A stretch of DNA of 64,000 nt from Lama guanicoe (taxonomy: Eukaryota), in the NCBI GenBank assembly GCA_013239625.1, contig MU053684.1, positions 52,611 to 116,610 of the forward strand, written 5' to 3'. Of this stretch, positions 53,886 to 64,000 are shown in pieces. The position numbers and the translations under genes are program-made. How positions within the stretch are numbered: the stretch's first letter is position 1; each line of letters opens with the position of its first letter. The notes below the pieces were generated by a model. It was given only the letters and a program-made list of their open reading frames with translations. It ran no database searches and had not been told where the DNA came from.

Positions 53886-54749
53886 ATGGAAACGTTTGGA
53901 GGTGTTGGATAAGTTCATGGCATTGACTGTGACAATGGTTTCATGGGTATATACTTACCTCCAGATACACAAAGTTGTATACATTAAATATAGCTTTTTG
54001 TTTACCAATCATACTTTAATTAAAAAATTTTTGAAGTATTAGGTTTAAGAATTTTGAACAAGGTCCATCACTGATTGTTCTAAATTATACTTGCATAAAA
54101 TATGGTTTTCAACTGCCTTTCATTCTAAATAATAGTCATCCTCTTAAGTAACTAATGAATTTTAGATGGGAAAAGAAAGAAATGAATTGATAAAAATAAT
54201 TAGGAGCTTGACAAAAAAATTTATACCAACTAAAAAAGAGGAAATTCTCAATCCAATAGAATATAGGTGGAATAGAAGAAGGCAGAGACACAAAATGAGA
54301 GAATATAAAAAATAAGAGGGAAAAAATTATAAGAGGCAGGCACAAAAAAGTTTTTTCCATAGAAATATGTCAAAGTCCAAGAAAACTGAAAAGAAAGTTT
54401 CAAATGCATATAAATGAATTTTATACCTCTCAGCTCTGTTTAAGGATAAAGTGAATGGCTAATGAGAAACATTAAGCTTTTATTTAGGTCAGAAGCACAG
54501 ACTTCTTACTTGATACAGATATTGCACAGGGGATACAACAACATTTGGGTTTCCCAGGATCCCTTCTAATCCTTAAACTATACTTTAGTACTGCATCAAG
54601 GAATTCTTTATCTGGGTCAACAGCTTTAAATAAATGATGCAAATATTATGGCGCCTTTTTTAAAAAGTGTCATTTTTCAAAGCCATCCTGAAAAAGATTA
54701 TTGAAAGAGATTATGATCAACTGAAAGTATGTTTTGTGTTGTATTTCAG

Positions 54750-54770
54750 AAAAACATAGACCATCTACTG
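54750..54770 (+). CDS. Downstream array micro-exon 11 (21 nt, x-KHRPST)
   Basis: gttgtatttcag|AAAAACATAGACCATCTACTG|gtaagt. Confidence 0.75.
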
Positions 54771-55087
54771 GTAAGTTACTTTACTATTTGGTAACTATAA
54801 TAGTGCACATGTGACAAAGGATTTTATTCACTCTGGCTATTTTCATTTATACCTGCACAGAAACTAAGCATTTTAATGAGTAATTGAAAGCATACCTGCT
54901 ATTTAGCCCCACTGGTTTAAGAAAGAATACATTGAGAATTCTGTCAACTGGTTTATCAATAATAAATTTGATGTTTTTACTAAGAAGAAATAGACACAAA
55001 ATATTCAGTGAAATAAAACAGAGTCAAAATCTAGACAGAGGAAAAGAGAAATAAAATTTGTTTACAAGGAAACTCTTTTCCTAATTT

Positions 55088-55312
55088 GCAGATAGCTGCC
55101 TTCTCACTCTGTCCTCACTTGGGAGAAAGAGGAGAGCAAGCAAGCTCTCTGGTGTCTCTTCTCATAAGGGTACTAATCTCATCATGAGGGCCCTACCATC
55201 AATACCTCATCTAACCTTAATTACCTCTCAAAAGGCCTCAACTCTAAATACCGTTACATTGACCATACGGCTTCAATATATGAATTGCAGGGACACAAAC
55301 ACTGAGTTCATA
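55088..55312. mobile_element. MaLR (MLT1-like) LTR fragment; similar remnants near 34680-34930 and 35940-36240
   Basis: ctctctggtgtctcttctcataagggtactaatctcatcatgagggccc...cttcaatatatgaatt. Confidence 0.7.
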
Positions 55313-55531
55313 GCACTTTCCAAAGGTCCAACAAGTTGAAGAACCATCAGATGAGACTGCTGAAAATTACATTTAATGCCCATCATCTACTGGAAGAAAC
55401 TGGCGCATTGTGAATGTAGTATGTTCCTTCCAGAACAATATCAGAAGAAATTGTTGTTAATCCAGAGAACCCAATACTAATGTGTGTGTGTGTGCGTGCG
55501 TACGCATACATGAAAATGTTTTCTTTTTCAG

Positions 55532-55552
55532 AAAGAGTTTCAGAATTTAAAA
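55532..55552 (+). CDS. Downstream array micro-exon 12 (21 nt, x-RVSEFK)
   Basis: ttttctttttcag|AAAGAGTTTCAGAATTTAAAA|gtaagt. Confidence 0.72.
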
Positions 55553-56643
55553 GTAAGTTTTTTTCTATTTTTTATTTTTGATATATTTCAGTCTTTCATA
55601 AAGTCTGGGGCTATGGCTCTACATGTTCAGAACTTCAGATTTCCTTCTATATAGAATTCTCCCATTTCACAATTTTTCAGAAAGTAAAATTCCAATGATT
55701 TAGCAGAAAGAAAGCAACAGGTATATGTCTCCAGAGGTGAATTTGAATAGGCATTCCAACTCTCTTAAATTAAATGCAAGGAAAGGGTTGGGGTGACTTC
55801 TTTCTCAGCCTTTCAAAAGTCTGCATTGACAAAGGCTGCAATATCATAGAATTTGTCATGAGGTAATTTGGTGGCTCTAGGACCTGATGTTCTAAGGAAA
55901 AAAAGATTATTAACAGGAGCTATAGTCACCAAATACCAGACACAGAAGATAATATATATGCATTTTATCTTAAAAATAACTGAAATTACTCCAAACAATT
56001 TCCTTTTCAATTGACTCCATGTAATGTGATTTGGTTTTGAACCTTGGATGAGAAGCTAACACAGTCATTTGCATAACAGATCAGAGCCACACTCCTCCCT
56101 CTCTATTACCAAATTAATGACGCCAATTTACAAAATATATACAACTTTCATGGATAGAAAGCATTAATACAGAGCGGGAAATATCCTGGAAATGCTGAAA
56201 ATATCTTGCAAACAACAAAAAAAATGGCATCTTATACTAAACTATTCAGCAACAGAAATATTCTAGAATAAGGATATAGCTGAGAAATGACAAAAGAAAG
56301 ATAAACAGAATAAATAGTAAGAAGAATGGATATATTAAATACTTGTGAGTCCCTTAAATAGAGATCAGAGCTCAGAGATAAATTAAAAAAAAAAGTGGAA
56401 TAGACTATCCTATCCCAACACCCTGAAGGAGTTTGTAATTGAATGTTCACAGAAACAAAAGAACTAGAGTTGTTCTCATAGCAAAGCAGAGAATACTGAA
56501 ACATTTGCCCAAAATCTGATTTGGGAGTTTGGGCTCTACCTTAAGAAATCATATATGACATTTCTCTAAAAATAAAATGAATAGGAGTTGAGTTACTAAT
56601 CTGGATGATTATTATCTAAATTGTTTCACTGTGTTATTTTTAG

Positions 56644-56664
56644 GCATGACTTCTCCATCCCCTG
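56644..56664 (+). CDS. Downstream array micro-exon 13 (21 nt, x-MTSPSP)
   Basis: gtgttatttttag|GCATGACTTCTCCATCCCCTG|gtaagt. Confidence 0.75.
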
Positions 56665-58395
56665 GTAAGTATTTTTAATCTAAATTCTAGTGTTCTCAGG
56701 TATGTCTAGGACCCTTTCTTGCACTAGCTCTTTTTAATTCCATTTATAAAACTTTGAGACTTGTGTGTTTCAATTTGAATTTTTAGAAAATAAAAGCCCA
56801 ATTGGGAAGGGCAGGGGTGGAGGAGCTCGAGGTGGTACACAGGAGGAATAATGAGTATCCTGGGAATGATTATTCTGGCTTATCAGCCAAAAATAGTACA
56901 TTTTGTGATTAGAGTCTGAGAGTAAAGGCAGAGAGAAACAATAAAAGAAATGAGGTTAAGTGAAAAATCCATGTAGCTGTGCTGAAATAATGTAAAGGTT
57001 GAACAGAAGTGATGTGGGGTCAGAAAGGGAAGATGAGAGGGAAAACAAAAACTTACATTAATTGAGCATGTTTAAATGCTAGATACTTCATATATATTTT
57101 TAATTAAGTCTCAGGACAATTCTACAAATCACATACTGCTTAGAATCATTTTATAGATGAAGAAGCTGAGACATAGTAGAGTTTAAAAAAAAATTATCAA
57201 CTGCAAGCAAACAGCTTGAAACTAAAGACAAAATGAATCAAAAGTGCATGCTCTCAGGCTCTGTTTTAATGTTATTTTTCTCCTTCACCCTTTCCTCCAC
57301 TCCCAATCCCCTTTCCACCATGGGCACGCACTCTAAAATGTGGGGAGTATGGGTATACTACACCCAACCAATTTTCTTGTAATGGATCCTTAGCTGCCCC
57401 CATCTCCCTAGCACCACAAACACTCTGATGAACGTACTAGTGTGTATCCTCTTCTCTTCCATTAGATTTATTATTTTACCTTTCCTATTTAGGACTTTCA
57501 TCCCCAAAACCTGGCTCTTCCCACTGTACAGTCTCCTATAAAGAGACATAGGTACAGTCTGTACTACATGTTCTTTTGTATGTTGAACTTACATCTATCA
57601 GTCTCGCATCTGTGCAGTTTTGGTTTAAACGACCAATTCCTTTCCTAAACTGTTCAGTCTTTCAAAGTCAGGCACAATGTTCTTATTATGCTTCTATCAC
57701 CAGCATCTTATGTATTAAGAAACATTTATTAAATAAATATCACCCTTTTCTATACACTCAGGGAAAAGGTAAACTGACACAAGAACTATAGTCAAACAAA
57801 CTTTGATTCCAGTCCCTGATTGGACACTTACAAACTTGGAGACTGTGACCAAATTAAAACCTTCTTGTGTCTCAGAGAAGAGCTGAAAAGATGAAAAAGA
57901 AAATAAAGGAAATGAGAGTAAAATAGTGTATAAAAAGCTGTGAAGGAAATTAAGTTTAAGAAGGAAACTTAGGTTAATGTCTGGGACACCAGTGCCAAAT
58001 AGTCCACATGGAATTCTGTGACACATGAGGTTAAGATGACCTCCAGTGCACCTCTGCCTAGCTCATATCACATCACTACCAATTAAAGCTGCTAGAAACT
58101 GGGAGAGAATAAAAGAGATAATGTTAGAGATTAAGCTACTTAATCTCTCTGTGACCAGTTTCTTGCTCTATAAAATTGGAATAAGAGTTCAGAACCCATA
58201 CGATTAAATCATTTAAATGACAAGAAATACTTCAAACAATATCTGCTATCTAATCACTTATGATTACCAAATGTTGGCTATTAGTATTGGATGTTTGGAT
58301 GCTCTAAGTGTGTCATAGCCCAAAGACATTATCAAGATCTTTACTCTCCCCAGTGACAAACCCTCTCATACTCACTTCCTTGTATTTTATTTTAG

Positions 58396-58416
58396 GAAAA
58401 GTTGTAAAATCCACAG
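58396..58416 (+). CDS. Downstream array micro-exon 14 (21 nt, x-KVVKST)
   Basis: tattttattttag|GAAAAGTTGTAAAATCCACAG|gtaagt. Confidence 0.75.
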
Positions 58417-58439
58417 GTAAGTTCATTTTTCTATTCTTT

Positions 58440-58700
58440 AATTCAAGGAAGAGATCCAGGCTGAAGATATAAACCTGGAATTTGTCAGCATATAAATGGC
58501 ATTTAAACCCTTGAATCCAAAATGAGAACATCTAGGAGGTTAGTGCAAATAGAGAAAAGAAAACGAGGCCCTGGGGCCTTCCAAAAGTTAGAAATTGAGA
58601 ACTCCGAGAGGAGATCAGAAGAAACATGAGGAGTGAGTGAGGAGAACAAACAGTCTCCAGAGAGAGTAGTGTCCCAGAAGCCAGGGGAGGAAATGCTAAG
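58440..58700. mobile_element. L2 LINE remnant
   Basis: gagatccaggctgaagatataaacctggaatttgtcagcatataaatggcatttaaa...gtgtcccagaagcca. Confidence 0.6.
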
Positions 58701-59642
58701 AAAGAAGGTTAAACTATCAAAAGCTGCCTAGGGGTAAAAGAAAGGGAGTAATGCCAGAAGCATAGGGACCACTCTTCACTCATTCTTTCTTCCATATTCA
58801 CAATCCTATTCATTAGTTGGAAATTTTTTAAATCACTGTCAAACAAAAAAAATAAATAAATACAGCCAAACATTGAAACCATGTTATCTCTTCTCTGCTT
58901 ATCCACAGTATTCGGTATCGAAACTTTCAGGATTTTAAAAAATTAGATATGAAACAACTCTTAGAACAGTAATTTGAGTCTTAATCTCCTACCAGTCAAA
59001 TCACACTGTTTATTTCATACTATTAGGTTTAAATGATTAGTATGTTACCTAACTGTAAAAGTTTTCCAAGTCCAAGTGAGAATGGGAAGAAATTCTAACA
59101 TGTATTCACAAACTTTGTGACAGAGAGTCTGGGCCCAAGAAGAAATGATGACCATGGAATGGGATGAAACTCCCTTTGATAAAGAGACACTGATACAGGC
59201 TTGTCACTTGGTGGAGAGACTTCAGAGGGATACAACTGTGGTTAGTGGCTGGACCATGAAGTCGTAAAACACTTTCCAGCTCCGAATTTAATACTTTACT
59301 CACAAAAGACTTCATTTTCTGAGGCTAAAACATCAAAGTAATTGATGTAGCACTTTTGATGTTTATTGGATATTATTTTTATTCTTTTTTTTTATTGAAG
59401 TATAGTTGATTTACAAAGTTGTGCTAGTTTGGGGTATGCAGCAAAGTGATTTAGTTACACACATATATATAAATCTATTCTTTTTCAGATTATTTTCCAT
59501 TATAGGCTGTTATAAGAAATTAAATATAATTCTCTGTTAATTATTGGGTATTACTGTAAAAGACCCTTGGGGAAAGATTAACAATGAGTAAATAAACACA
59601 CAAAAGACTGACAAAAATTATTTGCTTGTATTTATATTTCAG

Positions 59643-59663
59643 CAAAACCAGCTCCACCTTTAA
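59643..59663 (+). CDS. Downstream array micro-exon 15 (21 nt, x-KPAPPL)
   Basis: tttatatttcag|CAAAACCAGCTCCACCTTTAA|gtaagt. Confidence 0.75.
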   Translation, partial: QNQLHL

Positions 59664-60131
59664 GTAAGTTATCTTGCTTGTAATTTTCATATTACTGTAG
59701 TGATACATGATGTAGGACTTTTGTTAAATTGACAGTTTTCTTTTTCAATAGTGCAAAGCTAGCATTTTACCAAATTGTTGACAATGTCTCTGAAATTTAG
59801 TCTTACTGAATAAACTGAAAAGGACTTTGTTAGGTCAACTGACTTTCCAATATTAAAAAAGTTTCAGCCAAAGAAAAGGTATATACCAAGAAATTTGGGG
59901 TGAAATGAATTGGAGTCATGAAAAGGAAGCTAGCCAGAGAAATAAGGAGGCAAAAAGCAAAAAAAAAGAAAAAAAGGAGAGCTCATGAAAAGTGGAAAAG
60001 TGAACTTTTTTAACAAGATAACTGTAGGTTTGGTGTTTCTTGCATGTCGTTTCAAAAGATTCCCCAGGAGAACCTTAAGTCCAATAATAGGCGAATGAAA
60101 TGAGCTAACACTTACTTGTTTTGTATTTCAG

Positions 60132-60152
60132 GGAGAGTTATACCACCTACCA
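60132..60152 (+). CDS. Downstream array micro-exon 16 (21 nt, x-RVIPPT)
   Basis: tttgtatttcag|GGAGAGTTATACCACCTACCA|gtaagt. Confidence 0.75.
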
Positions 60153-60843
60153 GTAAGTTCATTACCCTATTTTTTTTCTTAAAAAAAATTTTTTATTGAA
60201 CTGTAGTTGATTTACAATGTTTCAGGTGTACAGCAAAGCGATTCAGTTATACATATACATGTATATATTTCAGATTCTTTTCTATTATATGTTATTACAA
60301 GAAATTGAATATTATCTTATTTATAACACTAGTATATACTGGACTACTATAGGTGAGATTTTATTAATAGATTTTTCATTTTCAGAAGATCAAAAGTTAG
60401 AGTTGTTGGTGATTAACTTATAATGAACCACAATGGTTTGTAGAAAGAATAAACTGATAAATATATTGTTATATCAAGAAAACTGATTTGTCTATTTTTA
60501 AAAGTTAACATATCCATACTAGGACAGAAAAAAACACCATTTTAAAATGAGATGCAATGGAAGCGAGAAGGAAACTTGTCACAGAATTAAAGGAGGAAGA
60601 AGGAACTAACTAAAGAGATAACTAAGCTTTATATGCATTACATTGTGTCACTAAAAAGACAGAAATTTGAGAAGAAGGTAAATACAAGAATGATTCATAT
60701 ACTTATGTTTCTGCTAAGATGTCCAAAATAAAAGATAACTGTAGCTAGTTTAAAAGCTAGGTATTAAAACAACATAAAGAAGTATTTTGGGTAGGCCTAA
60801 GATAGTAGGTCAAACATTCATTCTCCTTTACTTTTGTTTTTTG

Positions 60844-60864
60844 AAACTGTTGAGAAAATTTCCA
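60844..60864 (+). pseudogene. Decayed micro-exon (both splice sites lost)
   Basis: tttgttttttg|AAACTGTTGAGAAAATTTCCA|ctaagtt; 21 nt, still open in phase 1. Confidence 0.5.
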
Positions 60865-61515
60865 CTAAGTTACTTTTCTGTGACTAGTATCCGGAAAATA
60901 TGTGCACGAAGACATTTTCATAGATAAATCCAACTATGGCCATAATCAACTTTGCAAATTCCAATGTTATTATTTCACTTTCTATATTCACTTCACGTTA
61001 GTGAGCCTTCTTTATAGATCACTAACAATTTGCAGGAAAGCTTAAAAATACGTATTGTGAGACTACATACCACAAAACAAATAAAAATCCTTTTCAAAAC
61101 AAAATGTAAAAGGAATCTATATAGAAGACAAGAGTCCAGTTTTGAAAGAGAAGTAGAGTGATAGGTAAAACTTCAACTACTGCAACATCATACCACCTTC
61201 CTAAAAGATTTTAATATTTCTTTGCCCTCCATAAGAAAGGTAAAGTACACAGAAAATATCCTCTCAAGAGAGTCCCTTCAAATAGACCACCAAAATTCTG
61301 GGATTAATCAGATATTAAAATGATCTTCCATTAAACACAGATAATCTCAACTGTTTTGAAATTCCTTTGACTTTTGTATTTTGGAACACTTTTCTAGAAA
61401 TTGCATGAGTGACAATTTTGTTCTAACATCCACACACCTAGAGAAATTTCTTGATTGAATATATTTTCATATGCCACACATTACTTACATCTTTATTTTT
61501 CTTTCTGTTTTAAAG

Positions 61516-61533
61516 TACCTGCATCAACCATCA
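61516..61533 (+). CDS. Downstream array micro-exon 17 (18 nt, x-PASTI)
   Basis: ctttctgttttaaag|TACCTGCATCAACCATCA|gtaagt; weaker AAG acceptor. Confidence 0.6.
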
Positions 61534-62340
61534 GTAAGTTCCTTTTCAAATCCTAAAATCTGTAGAAGGTAAGCCAGTTTTACTCCCTATTGCTATTATA
61601 GTGTTAGTAGTCTAAAATCTCAGTGCTCATATTTCTATACACTTTCTCTGGGTGATACAGATAAATAACTGATGATACTGTAAAAGATGAAGATCTATTA
61701 ATCAACAATTAATAGATTATACCCATTATGAGAAATATTATTATCAAACCAGTTTTGATATTGCACCAATGTGATACTCATAAGCATAAAAAAAAAGAGA
61801 TAAGGAAAGTTAATAAAAGTACAAAAAGAAGAAGGGAGATTAAGTAGTATGACTTCTTGACAGGTCCAAAAATAGTATAAACCTATGACAATGGGCAAGA
61901 AAACAATAGCTAAATAGGCTCAAGGAAAACAATTTGCTTTGCCCTTCTACCAGAGAAAAGGAGCCCTCACCCCATCCATCAGGTCTTCTCTTAGAATACA
62001 GCAGAGGCACCAACAACATCAACTATATAATCAGATTTCTTCAAAGCAGCAGAGTGGAAATGATACCTTAGATGCTAGTGCAAGTTTGACCTACCAAAAC
62101 TGTTTGTGCCATTTTTATAGGTCAATAATTTTTCTGTTGACAATCGTTGAAGAACATGTACCATTAATTTGCCCAAAAGAAAATTCAAACAGTAAACATA
62201 TGGAGAAATATTAAGCACCAACAGTCACTAAATGAATTCTAATTTTAACTACTATAGTGTATTTCTTATATGTATTACATGATCATAAACAAAAATCAAG
62301 ATGTTATAGTGAAAAAAAAGTTTTTCAGGTGTGTTTCTAG

Positions 62341-62364
62341 ATTTAATTATCTTTAGATTTAAAG
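62341..62364 (+). CDS. Possible extra micro-exon (24 nt, x-LIIFRFK)
   Basis: gtgtgtttctag|ATTTAATTATCTTTAGATTTAAAG|gtaagt; open in phase 1, but an internal competing AG and atypical composition. Confidence 0.35.
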
Positions 62365-62607
62365 GTAAGTAACAAGTCTTCAAAATAATTCATTATTTGT
62401 GTGTTTTAGCCCATAGTTTCAATTTGGGCATTACTAAGGATATGAAACAAATGAAAAGAACATGATTTCTAGAAATATATTTACAAGTAAGTAAATATCA
62501 TGGCTAAAATCGAGAAGAGAGTCCAAATGCCATAGAAGAATTGGTGTTTAATATGATAACATATGACTTTATAACTAGAACTAACAATTTTTTTTTCTCT
62601 GAATCAG

Positions 62608-62625
62608 GATTTGCTGAACCAATTG
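62608..62625 (+). CDS. Downstream array micro-exon 18 (18 nt, x-FAEPI)
   Basis: ttttctctgaatcag|GATTTGCTGAACCAATTG|gtaagt. Confidence 0.68.
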
Positions 62626-62854
62626 GTAAGTTTTTTTTCTTTTCCTCACTATTATGTCTTTCAGTTTAAATAACACTCTGAAAGTTATTCCTACAGTTTT
62701 TTATTGAATATAATTAACATATAACTTTTATTAGTTTCAAGTGTACAACATAATTCAATATTCATTCATATTGTGAAATGATCATCACAGTAAGTCTAGT
62801 TAACATCCATCACCATACATAGTTACATTTTTTTCTTGTGTTGAAAAAGAAAAA

Positions 62855-63326
62855 AGAAGAAGTGGTACATACGTACAATGAAATATTACTCAGCAACAAA
62901 GAAAGAATGAAATTTTGCCATTTGCAACAACTTGGATGGACCTAGAAAGTATTATTCTTAGTGAAATAAGTCAGGCAGAGAAAGATAAATACTCTATATT
63001 ATCACTCATACGAGGAATCTAAAAAATAAAACAATTGAATGAATATAACAAAATATAAACAGGCTCACCAATACAGAGAACAAACTATAGGTTACCAGTG
63101 GGGAGAGGGAAGTGGGGAGGAGTGAGATAGGAATATGGAATTAAGAGACACAAACTATTATGTATAAAATAAATAAGCTACAAGGACATACTGTATGGCA
63201 CAGGGAAATATAGCCATTATTTTGCAATAATTTTAAATGGAGTATAATCTATAAAAATATTGAATCACTATGTTGTACACCTGAAATCAATATAATATTA
63301 TAAATCAACTATAGTTTAATAAAAAA
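62855..63326 (+). mobile_element. LINE-1 3' end
   Basis: acaatgaaatattactcagc...ttgccatttgcaacaac...aaatcaactatag plus A tail. Confidence 0.8.
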
Positions 63327-63464
63327 GATGTTGTGGTATAAAGGTAAAAAGAAGACCTAACAAGTAAGTTACTCTTCAGTCCTGAGAGTGTGAATTTTAT
63401 GTCTCATATAGGACCATCCATCCCACTAGAAATCAAATTAACTGATGCAAAAGTCTTTGTGCTT

Positions 63465-63626
63465 TATTTTTTTAATATTTTTTTAATTTATTTTATTTTA
63501 TTTTTTGAGGGGGGAGGTCATTAAGCTTACTTATTTATTTATTTTTAGAGGAGGTACTGGGGATTGAACCCAAGACCTCGTGCATGCTAAGCACACGCTC
63601 TACCAATTGAACTATACCCTCTCCCC
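63465..63626 (-). mobile_element. tRNA-Ala-derived SINE, camelid Vic-1 type
   Basis: Reverse complement matches the 7506 element; flanked by TTTGTGCTT direct repeat (63456-63464, 63630-63638). Confidence 0.82.
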
Positions 63627-63709
63627 ATGTTTGTGCTTCTTGAATATTATTTTATAAGACCCTCACCAGGAATATTTACAAGGGAAATGTGTTGTATACT
63701 TAATAGCTA

Positions 63710-63711
<2 letters not shown>

Positions 63712-63762
<51 letters not shown>
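63712..63762. repeat. (TAA)17 microsatellite
   Basis: Direct reading. Confidence 0.95.
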
Positions 63763-63763
<1 letters not shown>

Positions 63764-63779
63764 TGTGTTTTTATTTTAG

Positions 63780-63806
63780 CAAAAACCTCAACCTCACCAC
63801 TTCCTA
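63780..63806 (+). CDS. Downstream array micro-exon 19 (27 nt, x-KTSTSPLP)
   Basis: gtttttattttag|CAAAAACCTCAACCTCACCACTTCCTA|gtaagt. Confidence 0.72.
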
Positions 63807-64000
63807 GTAAGTACAATATTTTATAATTCTACTGATGTAGTCTATTGCTGCATGCACAGATCTGTTATTAAGCTCTATGGTTGTTATTTTCCAGTGGAGC
63901 AAAAGTCAAGAATTTTACTCTTTCTGACAATTATCTTGAAATTAAACCCAAATGATTTATAGAAAGAGTAAATACAGAAGTACACTATCATTTAGTCAAG

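Noticed and set aside
59027..59039. 13-nt exon-like segment paralogous in position to 48676
   Set aside because: Frame-breaking length; treated as decayed
806..62214. Remaining 60-125 aa ORFs in the track
   Set aside because: Low-complexity chance ORFs in AT-rich introns or repeats, with no recognisable homology
63343..63370. GTAAGTT donor right after an L1 tail
   Set aside because: No pyrimidine tract, and a TAA in phase 1; at most an exon remnant disrupted by the L1 insertion

Overview
AT-rich mammalian genomic DNA, very probably from a camelid (two tRNA-Ala-derived Vic-1-type SINEs), with two assembly gaps. Positions 1-17.2 kb hold the 3' half of TSBP1 (C6orf10, testis-expressed basic protein 1, at the MHC class II/III border) on the + strand: seven 15-21 nt phase-1 micro-exons followed by a ~1 kb terminal exon with a 45-bp (15-aa) tandem repeat. 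The main unexplained signal lies downstream of the TSBP1 stop and polyA signals. From 31.7 kb to the window end there is a second + strand array of at least 19 canonical micro-exons (15 of 21 nt, others 18/18/24/27 nt). All have a pyrimidine tract plus AG, a GTAAGT donor, phase 1-1, no stop codon, and a final A or G. Spliced together they give a 134-codon open Ser/Thr/Pro/Lys-rich peptide that the six-frame ORF track cannot show. The array has a recent 2.1-kb two-exon duplication, older multi-exon duplications and decayed exon copies. It is either an unannotated TSBP1 paralogue or a long alternative 3' end of TSBP1. The rest is L1, L2, MIR, MaLR and Tigger remnants. Gene and repeat identities come from recall and by-eye reading; no searches were run, and repeat boundaries are approximate.
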